From IMG/VR virus record IMGVR_UViG_3300022719_000284, positions 1 to 26,826 of that record: 26,826 nt of DNA. One strand, given 5' to 3'. This stretch comes from a virus. Taxonomy: Duplodnaviria; Heunggongvirae; Uroviricota; Caudoviricetes. Numbering within the stretch: position 1 is the first letter of the stretch; the number at the start of each line of letters is the position of its first letter. This document shows, piece after piece, positions 16,477 to 24,306 of this stretch. Position numbers and translations under genes: made by a program. Under the pieces are notes generated by a model that ran no database searches, was not told where the DNA came from, and saw only the letters and a list, made by a program, of their open reading frames with translations.

Positions 16477-16655
16477 GCCCGCTCATCACTAAAGGCAAAC
16501 GACCCCGAGCTGTGCGATGGCCCAGGGGCGTAGGTAGTACGGTGGTCGCCCCTGTTGTAGCTCAGATGGATAGAGTGCGGTTCTTCCACGGCCATGGTCT
16601 CGGGTTCGAGTCCTGTCAGGGGGCACACCCGAACCACTATCTGCCTGAGCGGGGC
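16477..16655 (+). ncRNA. Candidate structured RNA enclosing a tRNA-like domain
   Basis: GC-rich intergenic tract; CCCGCTCA/TGAGCGGG, AGGTAG/CTGCCT and GGTGGT/ACCACT nested pairings flank the tRNA-like core. Confidence 0.5.
16548..16625 (+). tRNA. Degenerate tRNA-like element, anticodon TCC (Gly) on an Arg-like scaffold
   Basis: TAGCTCAGATGGATAGAG D arm, CT-TCC-AC loop (TCC 16585-16587), GGTTCGAGTCC T arm; irregular acceptor stem, weak anticodon stem, no CCA. Confidence 0.65.
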
Positions 16656-16688
16656 AACCGCCTTAATAGTCAGTATACCAAAGGAACC

Positions 16689-17027
16689 TTAATTTCCCTT
16701 GAAAGCCTGCCAAGCCTGCCAAGCCTGCCAAGCCTGCCAAGCCTGCCAAGCCTGCCAAGCCTGCCAAGCCTGCCAAGCCTGCCAAGCCTCGGCGGGTGCT
16801 GGCCCCAAGTAGCCAAATGGGTCCGCAGCTCCATGCTGCGTTACAAGAGCATGGGTCTGGATAAGCGCTTCAAGAAAAGCCTTCTGAGCCATCTGAGGTG
16901 TCCGACCTTGCGCAGCAAGGTTGTACTCAAGACACTGCGCCACGAAGATCTTCTCTCTGCCCAATTAAACGCCGCGAATTAGGACGCGAAGTAGTAGTCT
17001 TGAATTACTGCGAATCTGTGAATCCAT
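16689..17027 (-). pseudogene. HicB-like domain gene with an internal in-frame TAA and an (AWQ)9 tail
   Basis: MDSQ...LRVLIRGV*LGREKIFVAQCLEYNLAAQGRTPQMA; ATG 17027 has a GGGGA RBS; TAA at 16967-16965. Confidence 0.6.
16703..16789. repeat. Perfect 9-bp tandem repeat AAGCCTGCC x9 + 6 bp
   Basis: Read directly from the sequence; encodes AWQ repeats on the minus strand. Confidence 0.97.
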
Positions 17028-17051
17028 TTGACGGCAGTCCCCAAACGCCAT

Positions 17052-17444
17052 TTAAGGAAGGCGTTTTCCTGCTTCATTTTCTTCCGATTTTTTCTCATCT
17101 TCCTCGTCTGATGGAAGAAGACCTCGTTCCCTAATTTCCTTGTCAAGAGCTATTAAAAAGCCTAAACTTACAATTTCTGAAACCTCATCTTCTAGACCTT
17201 CAAGAATGGGAAATTGGTCAACAAGTTTTGAAGTTTCACGGTCTAGCATCCCTACTACCCTTAAACAAAACCTATCACCAGCAATTTTACAATTTTCTTT
17301 AGCCTCGAAAAGCTTTTCCTCTGGTGTTTTTCTAGCATCCTCCTCCGCTTTTCTCTTAGCTTCCTCAGCTTTCTCTTCGGCTTCTAAAAGAGCTTCCCTT
17401 TGTTGAGACTCATACTGCTCCAGAACATCTGGTGGTAACCACAT
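17052..17444 (-). CDS. Hypothetical acidic/coiled-coil protein
   Basis: ORF track; GAGG RBS. Confidence 0.7.
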   Translation of the reverse strand: MWLPPDVLEQYESQQREALLEAEEKAEEAKRKAEEDARKTPEEKLFEAKENCKIAGDRFCLRVVGMLDRETSKLVDQFPILEGLEDEVSEIVSLGFLIALDKEIRERGLLPSDEEDEKKSEENEAGKRLP

Positions 17445-17548
17445 TTATAGTTTCCTCTAATCTCTATATTCAACAGATAATTACTTTGAACTTACCGGAT
17501 ATCTGCTTTATTTCGATTTCGTTATCTTTGTTACAAAAGTAATTGTAC

Positions 17549-17821
17549 TTAGGAGTTATGAGAAGATTCTTTTCCCCATTCGGGGGGTTTGTTAAAAAGA
17601 CAGGGGCCGCAGATTCTCAATCCAACGGGAATACCTTGTTTCGTTCTATCTCTATTTAGAGCTTTACGCCCACAAATGTGGCAGTCAGCTTCTTTGAATT
17701 CTTTTCTATACAGAAACTTTTTAAGCTCTACTTCTTCCTCTTCAGAAAGAGTATTTTTGCCACCAGCTTTAATGGTGGATGCTTTATCGTAAGCTTTTGA
17801 AAAGAGCTGATGTTTTCTCAT
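17549..17821 (-). CDS. Hypothetical zinc-finger protein (may extend to 17470 via +1 frameshift)
   Basis: CHIC...CGPC; the +1 frame after GGGGAAAA stays open to a TGA at 17472-17470. Confidence 0.6.
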   Translation of the reverse strand: MRKHQLFSKAYDKASTIKAGGKNTLSEEEEVELKKFLYRKEFKEADCHICGRKALNRDRTKQGIPVGLRICGPCLFNKPPEWGKESSHNS

Positions 17822-17963
17822 TACACGATTCTATCTGTGTTTATTGCATGAGCTTTCTCTTGTAATCGGCCAGTTTACTGCGAATCTTTATATTCTTCAG
17901 TTCTTTAGTGTAAAGGACATGTACAGCAAGCGGATTATCTTTCAAATAGCACAGGAGATTTGT

Positions 17964-18338
17964 ATGCCTTATAGCACGGATGTAGTTATTGCTCTAGATT
18001 TCGACGGTGTTCTTCATAAATATGAAGAAAAAGAGCAAAATTTTCCTGTCCCAGGGGGACCCCCAGTAGAGGGGGCATCTGAAGTAATTGGATGGTTATT
18101 AGCTAATCGCTATGAGTTAGTAATTTATTCGTGCCGTTCTAATGTATCTGGGGGAGTTGATGCAATAAAGGAATGGTTACAAAAATGGGGGTTTCCTAAT
18201 ATACCGGTAAGTCTAGAAAAGCCTCAAGCTGCTTTGTATATTGATGATAGGGGCTTCAGATTTGACGGAGATTTTAGAAAAGTTATCTCTTTTCTTTTAG
18301 AAAACCCTGAGCCAAGCAGATGGGGTATAGATAAATAA
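17964..18338 (+). CDS. HAD superfamily phosphatase (phage nucleotidase-like)
   Basis: ALDFDGVLH, IYSCR, KPQAALYIDDR; ATG 17964 after AGGAG, preferred over 17844. Confidence 0.9.
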   Translation: MPYSTDVVIALDFDGVLHKYEEKEQNFPVPGGPPVEGASEVIGWLLANRYELVIYSCRSNVSGGVDAIKEWLQKWGFPNIPVSLEKPQAALYIDDRGFRFDGDFRKVISFLLENPEPSRWGIDK

Positions 18339-19147
18339 TGCCTATATTGTCGGGAGACATACCTTACAGGCTTCTTGGGGCGGGACAGCCTACTATTGGT
18401 TGCGCTCGTGAAGGGGGGTTACTTGTTAACCCGCAGTCTCAAGATTTTCATGCGTCTAGTGTGATATTTAATGGAGTAGACGATGCTGCAAGAATCCCTT
18501 CTGATTCTAATTTGAGCATAACAAATGCGTTCACTGTTGTTTTATGGGTAAGAGGTTCGGATTTAGAAAACAATGTTAACACTCAGACTTTATTTCAAAT
18601 AGCTAGCATTGCAGGGTCAAACACTAATAGGTTTGATATCACACTGAATCCTGCTGTTTCTGGGTTTGATTTCATTAATTTTAGACTGTTCAACAGTAGT
18701 GGCGTACTTATAAAGAGGTATCAAGCTACATCAGATATATTCTTTGGAGACAATGATATATGGTCCATGATCTCAGTCACCTGGGACGGGTCTGTTCTCT
18801 CTATGTACAGAAACGGAGAAAATCAGTCATCAAATGTTAACAACATTACGGATATTGCTGGTTCCCAAACGAATACAAATAGATCCATGTCCATAGGTTC
18901 CAAAGTGGATTTTTCTGATTTGTTTTCTGGTCGTTTTCATCAAGTTGCTGTATGGAATAGAGCGCTGACCCAAACAGAAATTAGGACAATCTGGAATCAC
19001 GGATCTGGATCTAGAGTTAATTTACAGGTTGGCCACGATAGTTATAATGGCCAAAACGATTTAGTGGCTTGGTATAAAATTGGAAGAAATCCGGAAAACC
19101 CAGTTGCAGATTTTACCCCAAACAATAGAAATATGGTTTCTCTATAA
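18338..19147 (+). CDS. LamG/concanavalin-A-like domain protein (probable virion adhesin/decoration)
   Basis: FNGVDD, FTVVLWV, W...VTWDG...MYRNG, VAVWNRALT..EI. Confidence 0.85.
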   Translation: MPILSGDIPYRLLGAGQPTIGCAREGGLLVNPQSQDFHASSVIFNGVDDAARIPSDSNLSITNAFTVVLWVRGSDLENNVNTQTLFQIASIAGSNTNRFDITLNPAVSGFDFINFRLFNSSGVLIKRYQATSDIFFGDNDIWSMISVTWDGSVLSMYRNGENQSSNVNNITDIAGSQTNTNRSMSIGSKVDFSDLFSGRFHQVAVWNRALTQTEIRTIWNHGSGSRVNLQVGHDSYNGQNDLVAWYKIGRNPENPVADFTPNNRNMVSL

Positions 19148-21423
19148 TGTCACTTGAAGACCAAGTTATAAGGGATGCGCCTGAAGGTTCTTTTTTTGTT
19201 ACTGGAGGGGTTCGTGGCATAGGCCGTAGCTCTTTCACCCCTTTAGGGATCGCAAACGCTTTAACAGTCGCAGCTTGGGTAAGGGTAGACTCTGTTCCTT
19301 CTATTGGAAATACAGCAGATATTGTTCGATTGACATCTGTTAACAATAGTCAAAATCAAATTGCTTTACAAGTCGTGAACGTTGCTGGTCAGGTCCATTT
19401 TCAATGGACCGTATCTAGTGTACTGAACTCCAGAACTCAGACAGGAGATACTAACATAGTTACTGGTAGATGGTACCATGTCCTTGGTTGCAAGAACGAT
19501 ACTTTTTCTATGAGATTGTTTGTTAATGGCCTCGATGATACTTCTATAATTGTTTCCCCTAACGTACCCTCTACGGTAGATGCTAGTAGAAGAATATCCA
19601 TAGGGTACGATATTAGAGGTATTAATTCTAACTTCAACGGTGCTGTAGGGTCTGTTGCTTTATGGTCAACTGCTCTCTCTGAAGAAGGCGTTAAATCCAT
19701 ATATAGTGGAGGATGGAGAGATTTAGATCTTAGAATAGCACATGCTTGCTACAGCGAATCGCCTTCTTTGGTACACTGGTGGAGGCTTGGTCAAGGTGAG
19801 CAAGATAATTCCGTAGGTGATGAAATTATTTCTGATTGGTCTTTATCCGGAGGATTAACTCTGCCCACAAGGCTAGGAACTGTTACACAGCAGCATATAA
19901 TGGTTCCGGGATTGTCGTCTAACGGTTCTTCAGCTTTTTTTGGCCCTTCAGACGCACTTAGTTCTCCTGTTGCCTTACCAATAGGTATTTCTAATGAATT
20001 TTCAATTTCTATTTGGGTTAAACCTGAAGACGTAGATACAGCTTTTCAAACTTTAATGTACATTGGGCCTCAAGCACCTTCTCAGACTAGCGCGATAGAT
20101 ATATCTATAGGTGGTACTATTTCTGGCGATCCTTTGAGGTTGGTAGCTAGAAACAGCGCTGGATCTATAGCTCAAGAGATAGATTTTGATGGTGTGTTAG
20201 AGGAAGGTGAATGGCAACATTTGTTGCTTGTTTTCAATTCTTCTAATTTTCCCGAAAGCTGGAAATTGTATTTAAACGGAATAAAACAAGTTGGTGTGGT
20301 TAATTCTGGATCCATGGCCGGACCATTGGACCAATCTAGATTCTTAGAAATAGGTGGTTCGGTACGAAATGTTAGTGCCGATACTGATTTTGTTGGGCAG
20401 ATAGGGCACGTTGGTATCTGGGACAAAGAGTTAAGCCAAAATGAAGCTCGATTTATATTCTCGCAGGGATATTGTGTAGACTTGAGATATAACGATAGCG
20501 TATACCAATCTGCGGAAAATTTAAAGCATTACTATAAATTTGGGGAAGACTTGACAACTAAGAGCAGGGATTTTATGGATACTCAAACAAGCTCTTTTGT
20601 TAACCCTCTAACCTCAGAAACAGGCAATGTAGAGATTATAGGAGATTACCCAGGAGCCATAGAGATACTGCCATCGGAAATAATAAGCGGCGCATTGAAG
20701 TCAGTTTCTCTGGATGGAGTTTCTGAGGCTTTCAAGAATACTTCTACGAACCCTATTGGCATTGCTGATTCTTGGACCATATCTTTCTGGGCTAAATCAG
20801 ATAATTCTGTTTTTCCATCGGCTAATCCTAGATCCCTAGTTCAAATACAAGTAGATAGTGTGACGGCTGCAAATAGAATCCAACTGTACTCTAACAATCA
20901 AGGAGGTTTAGTTGTAGAAAATTTTGGAACTGGTGGTGGTTTGATAAATTTCGAAATTTACAATAATTTCTATACAGATGAGCTATGGAACCATGCTGTT
21001 GTTGCTTGGAATGGTACTTCTATATCAGTATGGAGAAACGGATCTCCAGTTTCTCCCGATTCTGCGTTAGGCGGGTCAGGCACTATGGCTGATAGCCCAG
21101 ATAGGAGAATACGTTACGGGGAAATGGATGTGAACTTTGGTACTTTCGATAACTGGCAGGGTAATCTAGGACACGTGGCTATATGGAATTCTGTACTGTC
21201 CAACCTTGCGGTTCTAGAGGTGTTCAACGGAAACCATTCTATAGACTTAACTGTGAATCAAGGAAATTATTCTAATTCTTCTCAACTAGTACACTGGTGG
21301 AGACCAGGGTTTAGTGATCCTGGGTTTACAGATGAAGGTGTTACTGTAGGGACCAGAGTTGACTTTTCTGATAGCGTTGGAATAGATGCTAGTGACGTAG
21401 TTAACGATGCCCCGCCTAATTAA
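19147..21423 (+). CDS. Multi-LamG domain protein (three modules)
   Basis: Three repeats of T/S-x-x-x-W, W.H, L..NG, G.VG/IG.VA.W...LS, LVHWW/LKHYY. Confidence 0.87.
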   Translation: MSLEDQVIRDAPEGSFFVTGGVRGIGRSSFTPLGIANALTVAAWVRVDSVPSIGNTADIVRLTSVNNSQNQIALQVVNVAGQVHFQWTVSSVLNSRTQTGDTNIVTGRWYHVLGCKNDTFSMRLFVNGLDDTSIIVSPNVPSTVDASRRISIGYDIRGINSNFNGAVGSVALWSTALSEEGVKSIYSGGWRDLDLRIAHACYSESPSLVHWWRLGQGEQDNSVGDEIISDWSLSGGLTLPTRLGTVTQQHIMVPGLSSNGSSAFFGPSDALSSPVALPIGISNEFSISIWVKPEDVDTAFQTLMYIGPQAPSQTSAIDISIGGTISGDPLRLVARNSAGSIAQEIDFDGVLEEGEWQHLLLVFNSSNFPESWKLYLNGIKQVGVVNSGSMAGPLDQSRFLEIGGSVRNVSADTDFVGQIGHVGIWDKELSQNEARFIFSQGYCVDLRYNDSVYQSAENLKHYYKFGEDLTTKSRDFMDTQTSSFVNPLTSETGNVEIIGDYPGAIEILPSEIISGALKSVSLDGVSEAFKNTSTNPIGIADSWTISFWAKSDNSVFPSANPRSLVQIQVDSVTAANRIQLYSNNQGGLVVENFGTGGGLINFEIYNNFYTDELWNHAVVAWNGTSISVWRNGSPVSPDSALGGSGTMADSPDRRIRYGEMDVNFGTFDNWQGNLGHVAIWNSVLSNLAVLEVFNGNHSIDLTVNQGNYSNSSQLVHWWRPGFSDPGFTDEGVTVGTRVDFSDSVGIDASDVVNDAPPN

Positions 21424-22339
21424 ACCCACCAAACTCTCGTAGAGCCTCTATTTTCTCCTCGTCCATGTTGCCGGGATCTATAGGGGAATGCATATCTATG
21501 GGTAGCCTGAATCTCTTTCTTTTTATCTTTGTATCTTCTAGGGATTTGAAAATTTTATATTCAGCAATTCTCCCAGCTTTATCACCATCCATACATATCA
21601 CTACTTTCTTGACCTTTCTAGCTTCTAAGATGCTTATTTTTTGAGAAGACCAGTTCTGGGTTCCCAGAATAGACAGGGTAGGTATACCTAGATAGTTCAA
21701 TCTTATAGCATCAAAAGGACCCTCGACTAGAACCACAGTTGTAAGGGGTCTAGGTATGATACTGAGAGGAAATAGTACCTTTCTAGCCCAGGATCCTGGG
21801 GAGTTGAGCCAAGGCATACGTTTTTCTTTATCCGTTCGTCTTGCAACTGAGCCTACAATTACTCCATTGGAATTTGTGACTGGAAAAACAATTCTATAAC
21901 ATTGATTTTTATCATCATACCATCGTTCTGAATTCAATCTAATGAGAAACTCCTCAGAGATACCCCTAAAGGGCCCATGTTCCCATGGTTGGGAGCCCAA
22001 AGGCATATGATTATGTAATTGATCTCTTCCGAATTCTGTATCACTTTTTATTCTTTCTTGTATGGCTCTGCGTTTAGCCCTAAAAGGATTTTCCGGAATA
22101 TAGCCCTCTCCTGCGTCTAATCCGAGTTGTTCTGCCAATCTGGCCCATGGCCCTTTGGCTCCACATGACCAACAGTGATAAGTGCCAACTGGCATCTTGT
22201 GTCCAGAAATATGAACGCTACAAGATGGATTAGAATCAGCATGAAACGGGCAAACAATCACAAGATCATTTCTAGTCATTTTTGTTTTTGCGCAAACACG
22301 TTCTAGCTGGTCTATTACAAAATCTCGATCTATATCCAT
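21416..22339 (-). CDS. Phage DNA primase (CHC2 zinc finger + Toprim)
   Basis: CPFHAD..PS, YHCWSCG, LVEGPFDA, MDGDKAG. Confidence 0.92.
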   Translation of the reverse strand: MDIDRDFVIDQLERVCAKTKMTRNDLVIVCPFHADSNPSCSVHISGHKMPVGTYHCWSCGAKGPWARLAEQLGLDAGEGYIPENPFRAKRRAIQERIKSDTEFGRDQLHNHMPLGSQPWEHGPFRGISEEFLIRLNSERWYDDKNQCYRIVFPVTNSNGVIVGSVARRTDKEKRMPWLNSPGSWARKVLFPLSIIPRPLTTVVLVEGPFDAIRLNYLGIPTLSILGTQNWSSQKISILEARKVKKVVICMDGDKAGRIAEYKIFKSLEDTKIKRKRFRLPIDMHSPIDPGNMDEEKIEALREFGGFN

Positions 22340-22384
22340 GTCGATACTTTAGAGAAAGTCTTTCCACTACCCTAAAGGTTACAC

Positions 22385-23332
22385 ATGTCCCCAAATCATA
22401 ACGATATTCTTGAAACGGTTTCTAAAACTATTTTAGAGCATGAAAGTTGGACGGCTCCTTATCAAGTAAGGATTCGTCCCTCTGCGATGCCGTTTTGTCA
22501 GGTGGAATATCTTTTCGCTAAGCTAGATCCCATAGAGACTTCCGTAGGGGATTCTTTTATGGAAAGAATTTTTGTTAATATAGGATCTTCTGTTCATGAT
22601 GTTCTACAAACGTATTTGGGCAGATCAGGTTTTCTTTACGGAAAATGGCAGTGTAAGAAATGCTACTGGGTATCTAGCCCAGTGTTGGGTACCCCATATT
22701 GCGGGAATAAAAGATTTCAGTGGGAAAGAGGTCTTGACCTCCAAGGTAACCCTATCGGCCCAGAAAAGGGTCCCTGTGAAAAAGGATTCGCTACTCGATA
22801 TAAAGAGTTTAAAATAAAGGATCCTGTTTCTGGACTTGAGGGGTCTTGTGATGGGCTATTAGTTGTCGCAGGAAGGTTGTATCTTTTAGAGGTAAAGACG
22901 AAACCCTCTTCATCTTCTGTAAAAAGAATGGAAGAGCCAGATCCTCCGCATGTGCATCAAGCAGGAACGTATGCAGCAGTAGCAACCCCTAGGGAATGGG
23001 GACTGGATCAGGACATTGAAGGAATTGCTTTTTGCTACGTACCTAGAGATTATCCTAACAGGATGCGCTGGATTTTTCATAATTTAGCACCCGAGACATT
23101 GGAGGCTTTTAGAAAAGATTATCCCGGGGTTAAAAATTTATTAAAAAGAGGCAATTTAGAAGATGCTAAGGCTATCTGTCCGGATCAGAAATATGCGGAG
23201 AAGATGAGATTTTGCCCGTTTGCGTCCCAATGTTTTAGGCCCGATAGAGCAGACTATTTAAAGAAAAAGCGTAAAGAGTACATTAAGAAAAGAAAAGCAG
23301 AAAAAGCTGAAAGAGGGATTCTAAACAAATAG
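22385..23332 (+). CDS. Cas4-like PD-(D/E)XK exonuclease
   Basis: RPS...C, GSSVH, CDGLL, LEVKT, HQAGTY and C-terminal C...CPF...C cluster. Confidence 0.85.
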   Translation: MSPNHNDILETVSKTILEHESWTAPYQVRIRPSAMPFCQVEYLFAKLDPIETSVGDSFMERIFVNIGSSVHDVLQTYLGRSGFLYGKWQCKKCYWVSSPVLGTPYCGNKRFQWERGLDLQGNPIGPEKGPCEKGFATRYKEFKIKDPVSGLEGSCDGLLVVAGRLYLLEVKTKPSSSSVKRMEEPDPPHVHQAGTYAAVATPREWGLDQDIEGIAFCYVPRDYPNRMRWIFHNLAPETLEAFRKDYPGVKNLLKRGNLEDAKAICPDQKYAEKMRFCPFASQCFRPDRADYLKKKRKEYIKKRKAEKAERGILNK

Positions 23333-23339
23333 GAGAGAA

Positions 23340-23618
23340 ATGGATCAAATAAGTCGTATCCGGTTTAAAAATTTGTTGGATCGGATGCTGGGCTTCTGCG
23401 AAGATGCTAATGATGAAAACGAGAAAGCTATACTTTTGAGGATTGGAGTAATAACTCTAAACAAACTGCGGGTTCACGCTGATGTAGATTCTATGTTGGG
23501 ACAAGATGTAAGAGATCTGAATCGTCAGATATCTTCATGTGACAGAAACCAGCTAGTTAAATTCATGTGGGAAGAAGTAGTGGAGCTACTTAACCAATAT
23601 AGGGGTGCGCTTTCTTAA
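23340..23618 (+). CDS. Hypothetical protein
   Basis: ORF track; AGGAG RBS. Confidence 0.7.
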   Translation: MDQISRIRFKNLLDRMLGFCEDANDENEKAILLRIGVITLNKLRVHADVDSMLGQDVRDLNRQISSCDRNQLVKFMWEEVVELLNQYRGALS

Positions 23619-24295
23619 CGTGTTGTGCGTTCTCCGAAAAGTATGTACACCAAGCGACCAAGCCAAGTTTGTGGTAAACCTTTGGGATTGGAGGCCGTTA
23701 GCGAATCAGTTGGGGTTTGTCTTTTCGGTTTCCCCTGAAAGGGAATATTGTCAGTATCTCTATTAGTTACTTTAGCGGGATCTTCTCCTGTCACTTCTGC
23801 TGTTACAGGTATATTTTTCCTTTTTTGTGCGGCTGAATTAACTGTAGCTAAAATATGCTTACAAATTATAGGCTCCCTACTGGGATTGTTAACCCTAGGA
23901 AAGGAACCATCGCTATGAATAATGTCGCTATTCCTCTGATTATTGAGAGCAACCTCGCAATAGAATTGGAACGAAGGACAGCTACAACTGACCCATACTG
24001 GAAGATCTTCCGTACCAGTACCGGGTGGGTATGGATTCCCCGTTGCTGGATTGAGTGGGAATCGGAAGACCGTCTTGTATGGCTTACGGAACCTACGATC
24101 GGTCTTGGAATCGGAAGCGAGTGTAGTGAAGGAGACCTCTTGGACCCCGGTGCCGTAAGCCGCGTCAGGAACAGACCAATCAGATCTAAATCCCGTTTTT
24201 ATACCCTGCACATAAACACGCGCAGCCCTGTCTCTAAGCCCCGGCCACCTAGTAGTGGCAGCTTTGATCAGATCACCCATAGTTAAAATAGCCAT
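23615..24295 (-). CDS. SWIM zinc-finger protein of large phages
   Basis: VWVSCSCPSFQFY...NP......CKHI. Confidence 0.8.
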   Translation of the reverse strand: MAILTMGDLIKAATTRWPGLRDRAARVYVQGIKTGFRSDWSVPDAAYGTGVQEVSFTTLASDSKTDRRFRKPYKTVFRFPLNPATGNPYPPGTGTEDLPVWVSCSCPSFQFYCEVALNNQRNSDIIHSDGSFPRVNNPSREPIICKHILATVNSAAQKRKNIPVTAEVTGEDPAKVTNRDTDNIPFQGKPKRQTPTDSLTASNPKGLPQTWLGRLVYILFGERTTR

Positions 24296-24306
24296 ACTAA
24301 GAGATA

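Noticed and set aside
16488-16545. c-di-GMP-I riboswitch (AAAGGCAAAC) or group II intron domain V (GAGCTGTGC...GTACGGT)
   Set aside because: No GACGCAAAG/GNRA-receptor elements for the riboswitch; the domain V-like stem relies on several G-U pairs, has the wrong length and lacks a domain VI
16512-16982. 156-aa + strand ORF with SLP repeats
   Set aside because: Shadow frame crossing the tRNA-like element and antisense to the HicB-like gene; the 9-bp repeat keeps it open
17028-17054. Minus-strand TAAA-N15-GCCGTCAA as another sigma28 promoter
   Set aside because: TAAA is the upstream stop codon and the -10-like box abuts the ATG; the spacer is better explained as the RBS
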